From: the human T2T-CHM13v2.0 reference genome, Homo sapiens
Direction: 5' to 3' (one strand)
DNA length: 64,000 nucleotides
Assembly: GCF_009914755.1 (NCBI RefSeq)
Contig: NC_060930.1
The notes under the pieces were generated by a model. That model saw only the letters and a list, made by a program, of their open reading frames with translations. It did no database searches and was not told the origin of the DNA. Position 1 is the first letter of the stretch. Each line of letters starts with the position of its first letter. Position numbers and translations under genes: made by a program. Positions 27,501-40,217 of this stretch are shown here, in pieces.

Positions 27501-29421
27501 TGTTTAACTTGGCCAAACAAATTATTGCAAATTTTAGGAAACTAGATTAGATTATATAAATGTTTTAAATTCTTCTTCCAAAGAGGGAAGGAGACCTGTT
27601 TAAAACATCATAATGGTGACGTCTTGAAACATAAAATGCCTTTCTGGTCATGATGCATTTATGCAAACTAGAGTATAAATTCAGCTCCTGGCAGAATGAT
27701 TAATGCATTTACATTAACTCTTGGGAAATATTATGGCAAAGGGGTTATAAGTGTCTTTAGTTTGGCACACATGGAATAATTACTTTCTTGCTTTCATGAT
27801 TCAGCCTAGGCCTTAGAAAATCAAAGGATAGCCTGGCCCACGTGTTGCAAAGAATTCCTATGTATAACTAATAGAAAAAAATAAGACTCCCTGAAGCTAC
27901 TGTTTGACATGATTGCAGTACCAGTTTGATTATTACAGGAACAATGAAAGGGATTTGTATAAAGGTCATATAATGGACCTAAGTTTCCCTAGTGGACATT
28001 AAGAGTAAGTTAATTTGAGAAACACGGATCGGAGGTGGAAATAATTAGATATTGTCATGCTATGTCCACTCTTGATTGTTGGTCTTGCACTTTAGCTTTG
28101 ACTTATAGTAATAAGATGCATGCCTGTAGTTTTTGAAATCTGAAAGTCCTTTCAATATTTGTAACAGAACCCTTAACATATAGGACTTATACTGTGTCAT
28201 TTTGAAAAGAAAACTTTCTTCTGGGATAACATATTAGGCCTTTCCCTTAGTAAAAAGAAACAAATGTAACTTTCCTGACTAGAAAATTTACATCACTAAA
28301 GACAGAAAAGTTATTATTAGATTATTTTCCTTTACATGATTATCTCTGTCTTCATTCAAAATGGTGTTTTTGCCTCTCATTTCTCATAGTCCCATTTTCT
28401 TTAGGTGATGAGCAGTTTTTAAAAATTATAAATTATTTTTGTTACATACAATTTAATTTCAGTCCATCAACAAGGATTTTTTACATTTCCAGTGAATTGT
28501 ACTATGTCAATAGTTCCTGTCCAAGTACAAAATCGTTTAGCAGAGTTTCATCACCAAATCTTCTTATGTCATTAAACTCATCAAGTACACCTTAGTTGTA
28601 TGTCTCATGAAAATACAGATTTTTTCCAAAAAAGTATGTTAATCAGGAAATATGTCAAGTAAGTAGAAAAGAGATAGGCATACACTGAAATAGATTGCAA
28701 GAGGGAGAATACATGGAAAGAGAAAAAAACAATTACATTATTACACTGACATATATTTCTTTTCTCCTATTTTGCCTTTCAAAAGACCTGAATGGAGCTG
28801 GAAAGCTGAAGGCAATTGTTTATCTCATCACCTCCTCATGGAAGTGTATAAAACGCACTGAGGCCTAGAAGGCTTATGTTACTTTCCCTAAAACACACAG
28901 CATAGTAGCCAATAGAGACAGGCCTAGAATTCAATTTCCTGACCTCACTAATGTATTATTTAATATCCTCTGACTCTGGGCTAGAATGATATCTAGAGAT
29001 CATTCACATAAAGCAATACTTTAAGTCATGAAAGAAGATGAAATTTCTCAGAATAACAATAAGAAGTGAGAAGAAAAATGTCTCAAGGCAAAATCTCAGA
29101 TTGCATTAACATTCAAAACACAGGAAAAAGTAGACTCACTAATAAGGGAGATGCTTAAGTGACCAGGGAGTGTACAGGAGAGCCAAGGCAAAACAGAATC
29201 ATGGAAGCCAAGGAAGAATGAATTTTGAAAAGAGGGCGTATGGCATCAGCAAATAATTCAGAGGTCAGGTTTCCTCCTTGAAACCCTTTCTTCCTTTCTG
29301 TGATACATTCTCCTGGGATTTGTTTGTTTTTCTTTACCTCTCTAGTAGATCATTCAGCCTCCTTTGCTGGCTCATTTTTTCCCTGGTGTGCCTCTAATTT
29401 TTAGAATGGCTCAGGTCTGTC

Positions 29422-30434
29422 TTTTTTTTTTTTTTTTCAACTTTTATTTTAGATATAGCGGGTACATGTGCAGGTTTGTTACATGGGAATATTGCATGAT
29501 GCTGAAGTTTGGAATATGTATCCCATCACCCAATTGGTGAGCTTAGTACATGGTAAGTAGCTTTTTAACCCAGTTTCCCCCTACCCTCTAGTAGTCCACA
29601 GTGTCTATTCTTACACTTATGTCCATGTGTGCTTAACATTTAGCAACCAGTTATAAATGAGAACATGCAGTATTTGGTTTTCAAACAATAACGAAAAGAA
29701 AGACTGTGATATCCTTTGAAAAGTTTAGAATATGTGATCATTGAAATAATTAAAATCAATTAATATATTATTTTGTAGTTTGACTTTAATTTTGAAATTT
29801 TACATATTTATTTATTTACTATTTTCTTAATGTTTAAATAGAATATATATAATTTATAATATACTTTTTAAAACTTTTATTTTACATTCAGGGGTACATG
29901 TGGAGATTTGTTATATAGGTAAGTTTTATGTCACTGGAGTTTGATATACAGATTATTTCATTGCCCAGGTCATAGCATAGTACCTGATAGTACCTACATA
30001 AGTAGGCCCTGGTGTCAGTTTTTCTCTTCTTTGTGTCCATATGTCCTCAATGTGTAGCTCCCAGTTATTAATGAGAACATGTGGTATTTGTTTTTCAGTT
30101 CCTGCATTAGTTTGCTTAGGATTATGGCCTCCAGCTCCATCCATGTTGCTGAAAATGACATGTTTCTTTTTTATGGCTGCATAGTATTCCGTGATATAAA
30201 TATACCACATTTTCTTTATCCAACCCACTGTTAATGGGCATCTAGGTTGATTCCATGTGTTTGCTATTTTGAATAATACAATGATGAACATGTGAGTGCA
30301 TGTGTCTTTTGGTAGAATGATTTATTTTATTTTGGGTATATACCCAGTAAAGGGATTACTGGGTCAAGCTATAGCTCTATTTGAAGTTCTTTGAGAAATC
30401 TCTGGACTGCTTTTACAGTGGCTGGACTAATTTA
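29422..30434 (-). mobile_element. L1PB-like 3' end, interrupted by a templated copy of 14250-14716
   Basis: Poly-T, then caacttttattttagat...gtacatgtgcaggtttgttacatggg...atgagaacatgcagtatttggttttc (to 29682). It resumes after ~30160 with L1PB-type tgtgtcttttggtagaatga. Confidence 0.85.
29687..30160 (-). repeat. Inverted duplicate of ~14250-14716 (L1 3' UTR plus unique flank)
   Basis: Manual alignment gives 12 mismatches over 190 bp (29881-30070 vs 14340-14529). Homology continues through non-L1 flank. Confidence 0.93.
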
Positions 30435-30713
30435 GATGCTGGTAAGGTCTAGGTCCTGTATAACCCATTCTTCTCCATCTGTAGCCCCTAAATGACCTAA
30501 ATTCAGGCTTATGTCTTTAATAGCATCCACATGTTAATAACTCCCAAATCTACATCTCCAGCTCTGCTTTTTCTGAGAAAGTTCTTACTTTTGTATACAA
30601 AATCTTTCTTGATATGTACGTATATATATATACTTTTCAAACTCCATAAGGGTAACTCTTGCATTTTACCCCCAACCTGCTCCTCCTCAAGTCTTCTCCA
30701 TTTTGGTAAACCA

Positions 30714-30889
30714 TCATTGTTGTTATAAGTTCAATAGGAGAAATATAGAGGGTGTTATAGAAGCATGTAACGAGGAGATGTAACTCTAACAAGGTATCAG
30801 GGAAGACATCTTAGAGAAGAGGAATTTAAGAGCCAAAGGGTCCCGAAGGTCCTGAAGGATGAGTAGGAATCTGTAATAGCATTTCTTGG
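30714..30889 (+). repeat. 176-bp direct duplicate of 32192-32367
   Basis: Ungapped manual alignment, 13 mismatches in 176 bp. Confidence 0.95.
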
Positions 30890-31447
30890 ACACTAAAAAT
30901 TCAAGTGTTCCCCATGATTATTCTTGGTCTCTTCAGTACTACACCTAATCTACTTCTACTTAAAAACCACACCTTGAATATGTCTTCCACTTCTCCTTTT
31001 TCCCTCTCACTAGCTTAATCCTAACATCTTCAATCTAGACTCCTGCAATAATCTCCTGATTTTTCTTTCCATTCTTGATCTTCTATATTCTATTCTCCAA
31101 AGAGAAGAGGAATTTGATTTAAGACATAAATCAGATCTTGTTTCCTCCCTATCTAAAACCCTTCAGGTATTTCTATCTCAATTAAAATTAAACCCATAAT
31201 TTTGCTTTGGCCCGCACAACCCAACCCTCTAGCATTTAGTCTCTACCTAATACTCTAGTGTCATCTTGCACTACTTTCTTCTTGTCAATTTCCTCCCAGT
31301 GTCACTGACTTTTTATATTGTGATTGTTCTTTAAATATTGTACAAGTTGAATCCCATTTCAGGGCTTTTGAACCGACTATTCCTTGACCTAGAAAACTTT
31401 CCCTTGGATCCTTGCAGAGGTGGTTATTCCATATCACTCACGTCTCC

Positions 31448-31742
31448 TTTTTTTTTTTTTTTTTTTTTTTTTGAGACAGAGTTTCGCTCTGTCACCCAGG
31501 CTGGAGTGCAGTGGCGCAATCTCTGCTAACTGCAACCTCCACCGCCTGGGCTCACGCCATTCTTCTGCATCAGCCTCCCGATTAGCTGGGATTACAGGCG
31601 CCTGCCCCCACGCCTGGCTAATTTTTTGTATTTTAGTGGAGACGGAGTTTCATCGTGTTAGCCAGGATGGTCTCGATCTCCTGGTCTCATGATCTGCCCG
31701 CCTCGGCCTCCCAAAGTGCTGGGATTACAGGCGTGAGCCACT
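31448..31742 (-). mobile_element. Alu (AluY/Sc-like), missing its first ~10 nt
   Basis: Long poly-T, then gagacagagtttcgctctg...ggcgtgagccact. Confidence 0.95.
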
Positions 31743-32849
31743 ATTTATGCCACCCTGAGAGAGGCCTTCACTGAGCAGCTAGGAATTGTCTAGTACATTA
31801 TTACCCTGTTTTAAATCTCTTCACAGCATACTACTATCTGATATTTTCTGTTTGTTTTCTCTGTCCATTTTCCGTTTGTTTTCTCTGTCCATTTTCCAGA
31901 AATGTAAGTTTCATGAAGAGAGAAACTTTCCTGGTCCCAGAATTATGCCACATGTAGAAGGCATTTAATATGTGTTGATTAAAATAACAACAAAATATTA
32001 TTATCAGGTGGCCATTGGCTGTTTAGATATGACACTGAGTTGAAAGAGTAGTAAAATAGAATGCAAAAAGTCAAATGTTTCCAGGTCGATAAATTCTCTA
32101 TTCACTTATGTGACTGACATAGGATTTGGGCTATGGAAGTGGGCAAGGCAGTCATAGGCTTTACCCATTAGGGAAAAATATTACCTGCTTGTCATTGTTG
32201 TTATAAGTTCAGTAGGAGAAGTATAGAGAGTGTTATAGAAGCATGTAACCAGGGGATGTAACTCTAACTAGGTACCAGGGAAGACACCTTAAAGGAGAGG
32301 AATTTAAGAGCCAAAGGGTCCTGAAGGTCCTGAAGGATGAGGAGGAATTTGTAATAGCATTTCTTGGTGACTAGTTGCACTGGTATGTAAATTGAATGTC
32401 ATGATGTCTGAGGGAGAGAAACACCACATCTGATTGATTGCTAGTTATTAGAAATATATATCCTTCATTGAAGATGAGTGAAGTGATACATTTGGATTTC
32501 TGATAAGCCTTATGAGAGCTTAGTTAGTAGAAACACATTTTCTGAAAACTCACTAATGTGGTGTTCACTAATAAAATGGAATTTGAGTACTTGAAAATTT
32601 GGATACCAGATAGTGGTCTATTGTGAATGCCCCAAATACTAATTTCCTGTTTGACATTGCCTCTCTGTGACACAGTTTTCAACTTCCACAATTTTATGAA
32701 GGCAATGCATTATGCATTTTATGATATCCTAAGATCCAGTTTACATCTTATTCCTCCTACAATTTAGTTTAACTGACCACTGTTCTAGACAGTGCTTAGG
32801 CAGCTAACATAAGTGGGCATAATCCCTGCTTAAAGAAACTCAGTAGACA

Positions 32850-33266
<417 letters not shown>

Positions 33267-34040
33267 TTACTGAAAAAGCTGATTCTTAAAGGGTAACTCA
33301 ATAAATAAAAGCTGAGTAAGGGAATCTTTTCTTACCCTCTTTATAATTACGACAACGTCATCATTTGTAACATCTATTACTATTTTCTCTCCCATTTTAT
33401 GCTTCAAAAAACAATTTTGAGTCATTGTTTCAATCTTGTAATGTCTGAGATCTAAGGCAAAACAATTCAACAATCAATGTTCATTTAACAATTGTTGACA
33501 TTAGCAACAAAATACCTAAAAGGGATATTAGCCAATATCAACAATATTATAAATGCTGACCAAATGCCAGCCAAATAGTATTTAATCTAATATTTAGATG
33601 GAAAGTAAAATTTGCATGTACTTTTCCATTTCAAATTTGTGAAATATATATGCATGAATGTTGAAAATTTTATTTTAACTCCAAAACTGACAAATTTCAT
33701 AGTCCCGATAGAAGGACCCCTTTTTCCCTAGGTTTCATAGAAGTTAAACTTCTAGTAATTTAGAAAAAAAATTATCCGTTAAACATTTTAAATTGTGACT
33801 TCTTAAAGGATGACAACTATATTAGAAAATAAGGTTAGAAAGCTTATATTGAATACTACAAATTTAAAATACAATAAGGAAAGTTGTAAGCTAGTTTTAA
33901 TTTTATCGACTGATTTAAGTGGTTAAATGGCATGCAGTCCTCTCTCAAAAGCACAACTCCTAACTTAATTTTTGTTAGTCTTTGTTTGGATTGTTGATAT
34001 TTACCATCAACTATGAATTTGATTAAGTGTTAAGTACTAG

Positions 34041-34173
34041 TTTTTTTTTATTATTATACTTTAAGTTTTAGGGTACATGTGCACAATATGCAGGTTAGTT
34101 ACATATGTATACATGTGCCACGCTGGTGCGCTGCGCTGCACCCACTAACTCGTCATCTAGCATTAGGTATATC
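34041..34173 (-). mobile_element. Very short young L1 3' end (L1PA2-like)
   Basis: ttattatactttaagttttagggtacatgtgcacaa...gctgcacccactaactcgtcatctagcattaggtatatc, the GAG-type young L1PA terminus. Confidence 0.9.
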
Positions 34174-34359
34174 AAAAACTTTTGAACATCTGTTGAGTTC
34201 TGTATTGTTTGATCAGTAGGTTTTCATATTGTTACTATGTTAGTAAACCTTAACTTTCCGGAAGTGCTTTAAAATCTTGTCTCAAGTTAAATGACAATGT
34301 AAACAGTAACTAGGTCTATAAAATGACAAAAGGTGTCACATTGATTCTGAACCACAAGA

Positions 34360-34590
34360 TATTCGGTATTACTGTAGGATGACTATAATTAGAAATAATG
34401 TCTTATACAGTTTCAAATAACTAGATGGAAGATATTGAATATTCTCAGTCTAAAGAAATGATAAATGTTTCAGGTGATGGATCTGCTAATTTCCTTGATC
34501 TGATTATTATACATCATATGTACTGAAACATCACTTGTATCACATATATATTTATAATTACTGTGCCAATTATAAAATATGAAAAAGAGA
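34360..34590 (+). mobile_element. L1MA-type 3' end fragment
   Basis: aaagaaatgataaatgtttcaggtgatggat...tgatctgattattatacat. Confidence 0.7.
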
Positions 34591-36782
34591 TAGAACTTGT
34601 ATTTTTCCTACCACTCCACTTTTTTTCTGATGCAATTATCTTTCATAGCCATTGACATCAGAAAGACAAATTCTTTTCCATGTCGGCCTCAAGCAAAATT
34701 TTAAAGTCATAAATGTATGAGATTTTGACTTTATGTAAAGCCCTGACAGGACTGAATTCATAAATTTTTTGGATGGGAAGCATTCCTAAAGATCATCTAG
34801 TCAAACAGATAAAAAATAAATCAGTAAAAGGAGACAAAACTGATGTTCATGAAAGTGAAGGAATTTTCCAGTAAATCCCCAGATAGCTGGTCAGGAATTG
34901 TCTCAACATCTACGTTCTTTTCATGGCCACACCAAAGGCGATGCAAAACTATTTCATATTATTATCATTATATTCCTTTTAGTATTTTCAATAAAATAAA
35001 AGTCCAAGTTCTCTGTAAACAAAGCTTCTTTACCTCCTACTTACCTATTCTGGCTCATTTTCCACTATTACCTACTTTAAATCTTACGTTTCATGAATAT
35101 TTGTATTTCCGTAAGGGAGGAGTATGTTTTCAAGCCTCTGTAGTTTTTTAAATGTTGTTCCCCCTGTCTGGACCGGCTTTCCCCACCTTTTCTATCAGAC
35201 AAAGGGCTCCATTCTCATGGGTCACTTCCCACAGGCTGGGGTCAGTGTCTTCTTAGGTGTTCCCATGGAAGTACCCTTTTCTCCCCTAGCATATCACCTC
35301 TTAGAGGGAAAATATGGTACCTTGTGTTATCTTCAGATTATTAACACTTAGCACAGTGTCCAGCACATATCATGCCCTTGATGTTTTCTATTAAAGGGAA
35401 TTAACAATGTGAAGCCACATTAACGTTTTACCCAAGGTTTTCATTTTACCTGAAAAATAATATAATTCATTTCTGTGCTTGATATCTAAAGGCAGAAATT
35501 TAAAAATCAAGCTCTTTTAATATATTATATTCAAATTATTTTTTAAAGTATGAATATTTAGTTTCTTCTTAAACATGATTTAAATGTATTGTACCTAATT
35601 TTTATCTCTTCTGGTTTATATGTAATATTTTCATTTCAATTGAATATACTTGGAAAAAAATTACTGCACTTAACAGCGTAATAAGAAGTCAGTTAACTCT
35701 TTTCTATTTGCAACTCCAAATCACAAATTTTTGTCATAATCATAGAAATGTAGAACTGCAGAGTATTTTAAGGATTAATTCATCCAAAGCATGTATGCTG
35801 TAGTTACTGTCAGAAAATCTGTGTATGTTGCCTTATAGCCAAGCTCTTCCAACTACTCAATGTTGCCTTTTCTGCTGAATATTCACTACAAGTTAACTGT
35901 CCTAGTTAACTTGTAGTAAAAAGGCCTAGAAAGAAAATAATTTGCTTAATTGGAAGACAGATTTTCTCCCTACTCTTAGCTTAAGAAAATAATATCTTCA
36001 AAGCCATTGAGAAAACCGTGGCCCAACTTAAAAGGTGATAGGTGCATATTACTAGTTTAACAAATTTGGAAGTAGTCTTCCTGTTTGGAGTTCGTTTTGT
36101 TAATTATCTGCCCTGGGTACCAAATAGCCTTGCAATACTCATCAAATAATTGTTTCTTGCAATCCAGCACCCAAGAGAGATGTAAGTACACTTTGATTTC
36201 CTGACAAGTTTGAGGACTTTAGAGCTCATCAATTCCTACTCCTCCCCTGGAAATTGGCTCCTAATTCTTGCTGCCACTTGCTGGATATGTCTGAATAGAA
36301 CATAAGGTGCTGCTCTGTCTGACTTTAGTTAGTTATTATTTTCCAACTAAGGTCAAACCCTACCCACTAGGTTGGTTCTCTTTGCACATTGATCCTGCTG
36401 TAAAGCTAAACTTAATTCACTGAGTCTCTGTGGATACTGCATGGTTTATGATTGCTGACTGAGACCAGCCCTACGGAAAGATCGATGCCCCAAAACTCAC
36501 TTCTGTCCTGCCTTATGCCACCCACCATACCCCCATAACACTATTGCACATGTCACTAGGTTCATCATGCTTCAAGGTCAATCTGGCCAGTTTATAAGAA
36601 CAGGTATTCATAAGTTGTACTTCCTCAGGTCTGCAACACATCAATACGTGTTATTTTGAAACAGCTGGGTAAGTTTTGAAAACCTGTTCCAGGTGCCTTA
36701 AAAACAATAACAACAAAAGAAAAGATCTGGAAATATTAAGCAGCAGTCAATAACATTTAGACTTTTTTTCTTAGTTTGGGGT

Positions 36783-37185
36783 TCTTTTTTATTATGGTAA
36801 AAACACATAACATAAAATTTATGATTTTTAAGTGTGCAGTTTAGTGGCATCGCTCATATTGTCAGGGTATCATCTTCTCCAAATGAGGCTTTTATCTTCT
36901 CCAAATGAAACTCTGTGCCTATTAAACACTAACTTCTCATTCCTTCCTCCCTCCAGTCCCTGACAGCTACCATTCTACCTTTTGTTTCTATAAATTTGAA
37001 TACTCTGTGTATCTCATTTAGGTGGAATAATACAGTATTCGTTCTTTTGTGACTGGTTTATTTCACTTAGGACAATGCCCTCAAGTTTCCTGAATGTTGT
37101 AGTATGTGTCATAATGTCCTTATTAGTTTTTAAGGCTGAATAATATTCCATCTATATCTATAACACATTGTATTTATTCATTATT
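36783..37185 (-). mobile_element. L1MB-type 3' end
   Basis: attatggtaaaaacacataacataaaattt...tttgtgactggtttatttcactta...aaggctgaataatattcca. Confidence 0.8.
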
Positions 37186-37399
37186 TTGAAGTATTCAAGT
37201 GTGAGAAATAATTAATACATGCACACACAAAGGGTTATTGTATGTTTAGTTTCAGGATTATGCCTAATGCTGTCCATCCACAAGGCAATAGCAAAAAAAA
37301 ATATGAAATTTCAATAAGATAGAATGTCACTTCATATATAGATGTTTCTTAAAGTGGACTGAAGTATAGTGAAGTTGCTAAGTTTACTGTTTGGATGAC

Positions 37400-37600
37400 A
37401 AAACCAGTGCCACCTCTTACAAGCTGGGTAAACTGGGAAAGTCAGCTTAAGTTCTCTGAGCCCCATTTTTCTCATTTGAGAAATTAGATGATGATAGTAT
37501 TTTTTTGAAAAGTTAGTTTTGATTAATAAATGAAATGACATATACAAAGCACTTTGTTCAACATCTGATAAAAGAGGTAAAGAAAGTTTAGTTTAATTAG
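37400..37600 (+). mobile_element. MIR relic
   Basis: cttaagttctctgagccccatttttctcatttgagaaatt...aaatgaaatgacatatacaaagcactt. Confidence 0.65.
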
Positions 37601-39911
37601 TTATTCATTTTTACTCAGTGTCAGCAGGCAGCTCCCTGCTAGATATAGAAGTGATATGATAAATCACAGCTGAGAATTTGAAGCACTCATATCCAAATGG
37701 AGAAAAGGACCTAAACTCTGAAATACATATTAGGGTTTCAAGCTATTTTCAAGTATGCAATCTATTTTCATCCTCATACCTGGAAGTAGGCTTATGAAAT
37801 AATGTTAAAAGTAAAAAGCAGAGGATAGAATCTACGAGGTACACAATGGTTGCAGTTATGCAAGCTACATTTCTGGTGCAAACACACATATACGTACATA
37901 CACACCCCAAGCAAAAGGAACTAATATTTGCTAAGTTTTTAAATGTAAAATTGTCTAAGAAATTATAAGAACATAATAAATCAATACACATAATAATTCT
38001 TCTAAGAATGTTGAATTTGAGTAGGAACCAGAAATTTGGGTTCAATAGGAGAAAAATAAGCAATGCTCTGCCTCTCTTCAGAGGAGAATCATAGAATGTT
38101 ATTGCTAAGAGGTCTTTAAGATACAATTTTGTCACAGATCCTCAGTTCACAGACCAGGAATCTGAAGATTGGAGATGTTTAAAGACTTGTTCAAAATATT
38201 GCGGCCAGTGAGAATAGAAGCCAACGGATTGGTTTCTTCTAGTCCTGAGGCCTCTTGTCTAAACCATAAATTCACTTTTGATTCCGTAGGACTCGTTTGT
38301 TGTAAGCTTCAATGTATTTTATTATGTACAAGGCCATTTTCTCATCTTTTCAATCACATGAAACATTTAGAACTCAATGTAGAATTGTCTTTGCTAACAT
38401 TTTCAAAATTAACCTTCTTAAGAATTTCACTAAAAGTCTTAATATTTAAATATAATTCTCCATACTATTCATATGATTTATTGTACCATTTATTATCATG
38501 CACAATGCTGAAGATTATATCGTCTATCAAACAAGTATTTAAAGGCAATAAAATATAATTTTAAAAATTTAATTGTGCGAAGACATGTAATGCATCATAG
38601 TAAATATTCTGAAAGCTGATAAAATGTGATTCATTAATAGATGCTGCACTACTTGTTACCGTGGCCTATTGTATAATTACATTGGAACCTTTTTGATACC
38701 TATTCAAGTGAGTATTTCCCTCTTGTTGCCTGAAATTTCTTTTCTGCACTAGGTAAATGAGCCAATAAAGTATTTCTTAAAACATTGCCGTTACCATGGA
38801 AATAAGGGTTTCACATTACTCTTGTCTATGTATGTTGACTTTATTTTGGGTCATGTAGTTGGGAGATAGCTCTCAGAGTTTCATGGTATCCTAAAAGCAT
38901 TTTGTGATTTTATGGAGATCTTTTCTTGAACTACTTTTTTATTGAAAAACATACTGTTTCCTAGAAGACCGGTGAGAGCATTTGAATTATAATCCAAATA
39001 TTTTCCTGGCTTTCATTGAAATACAGTCTTGACTTAGGAAAAGCTTCTTATTTTGCTATACATTTAGAAAGCATGCAACATATTTTCTATACAGTCAACA
39101 CAATCTTTGAGGCCATCTGCAGTTTATAACAAATTTATGATATAGTAGCTTAAATTGATGAGATAATGAGCTGCTGACAGACATGTTTTTCTAAATTGAT
39201 ATTTGAGGATGGTGCAGCCAAAATACTTGGCATGAAATAGCAAAGGAAATGAGAGTTGTGTATCTACAGAACTCAACTCTATACTGCCACACAAGCTAAA
39301 AAGACTTAAAATCTAAAATTTTACTAGTACTCTTCAGTTCTATCCTATACTCTTTGATTAAATATTGCCTTAACTTAGAAAGACTATAGTATTTTTTTCT
39401 CTTTTATCTGTACAGATACAGACATGCCAATTATTGGCAAATCCTGTTAAGAAAGAAACTATTATTTTAAATAGGCACCCTTTGGCGTAAGTTACGTGTA
39501 TGGATTCATTGAATTCTCAGATTTGAAATAAAATTACAAAAGCAAAACAATTCATTGGAAAATAATATGGTGGCAAAACAATTGTAAGGAAATTTTTAAC
39601 ATCAAATTACTTTTAATTACTTTTCAGGATTCAGGCTATGTTTTTATATTATTTTTCTAAATTTACTAAGAGATTATTTTATTGTATATACACACAAAAG
39701 TGCACACACATGCACGCATATATGTAGTACCTCAAATGAGAAAGGAGTTTGTTTTGTACCAATAAAAATGTTTTGATATTTCGTTTTACTTTGTTTTTGT
39801 TCTCATCCTTTAGTTTGAGGCTAAGTGGTAATGGCGTTTGTCTAAGAGTGTGAATAAAAAACCCTTACAAACTTTAGTATTCTTTTTTAAAGAAAATATA
39901 TTTTAAAATAA

Positions 39912-40217
<306 letters not shown>

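Larger units (their letters stand above)
28960..31985. mobile_element. L2 relics hosting an L1PB-like copy, a 176-bp duplication and an Alu
   Basis: L2-like pyrimidine-rich text (ccttgaaacccttt..., aactcccaaatctacatctccagc, tcaatctagactcctgcaataatctcct, taaatcagatcttg...ctaaaacccttca) is collinear across the inserts. Confidence 0.65.

Noticed and set aside
14717-29682. 15-kb inversion with staggered-break duplications at both ends
   Set aside because: The host L1 and the surrounding L2 stay collinear and co-oriented across 29.3-30.7 kb, so the duplicate is an insertion rather than an inversion breakpoint.
29683-30160. L1 3' transduction as the origin of the inverted copy
   Set aside because: No poly-A at the end of the copied flank and no TSD; the other junction is a seamless homologous merge with a different L1.
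37749-38558. 128-aa and 129-aa ORFs on opposite strands
   Set aside because: Composition is typical of AT-rich non-coding DNA (rich in L, F, I, K), they partly overlap MIR-like sequence, and I recognise no domain.
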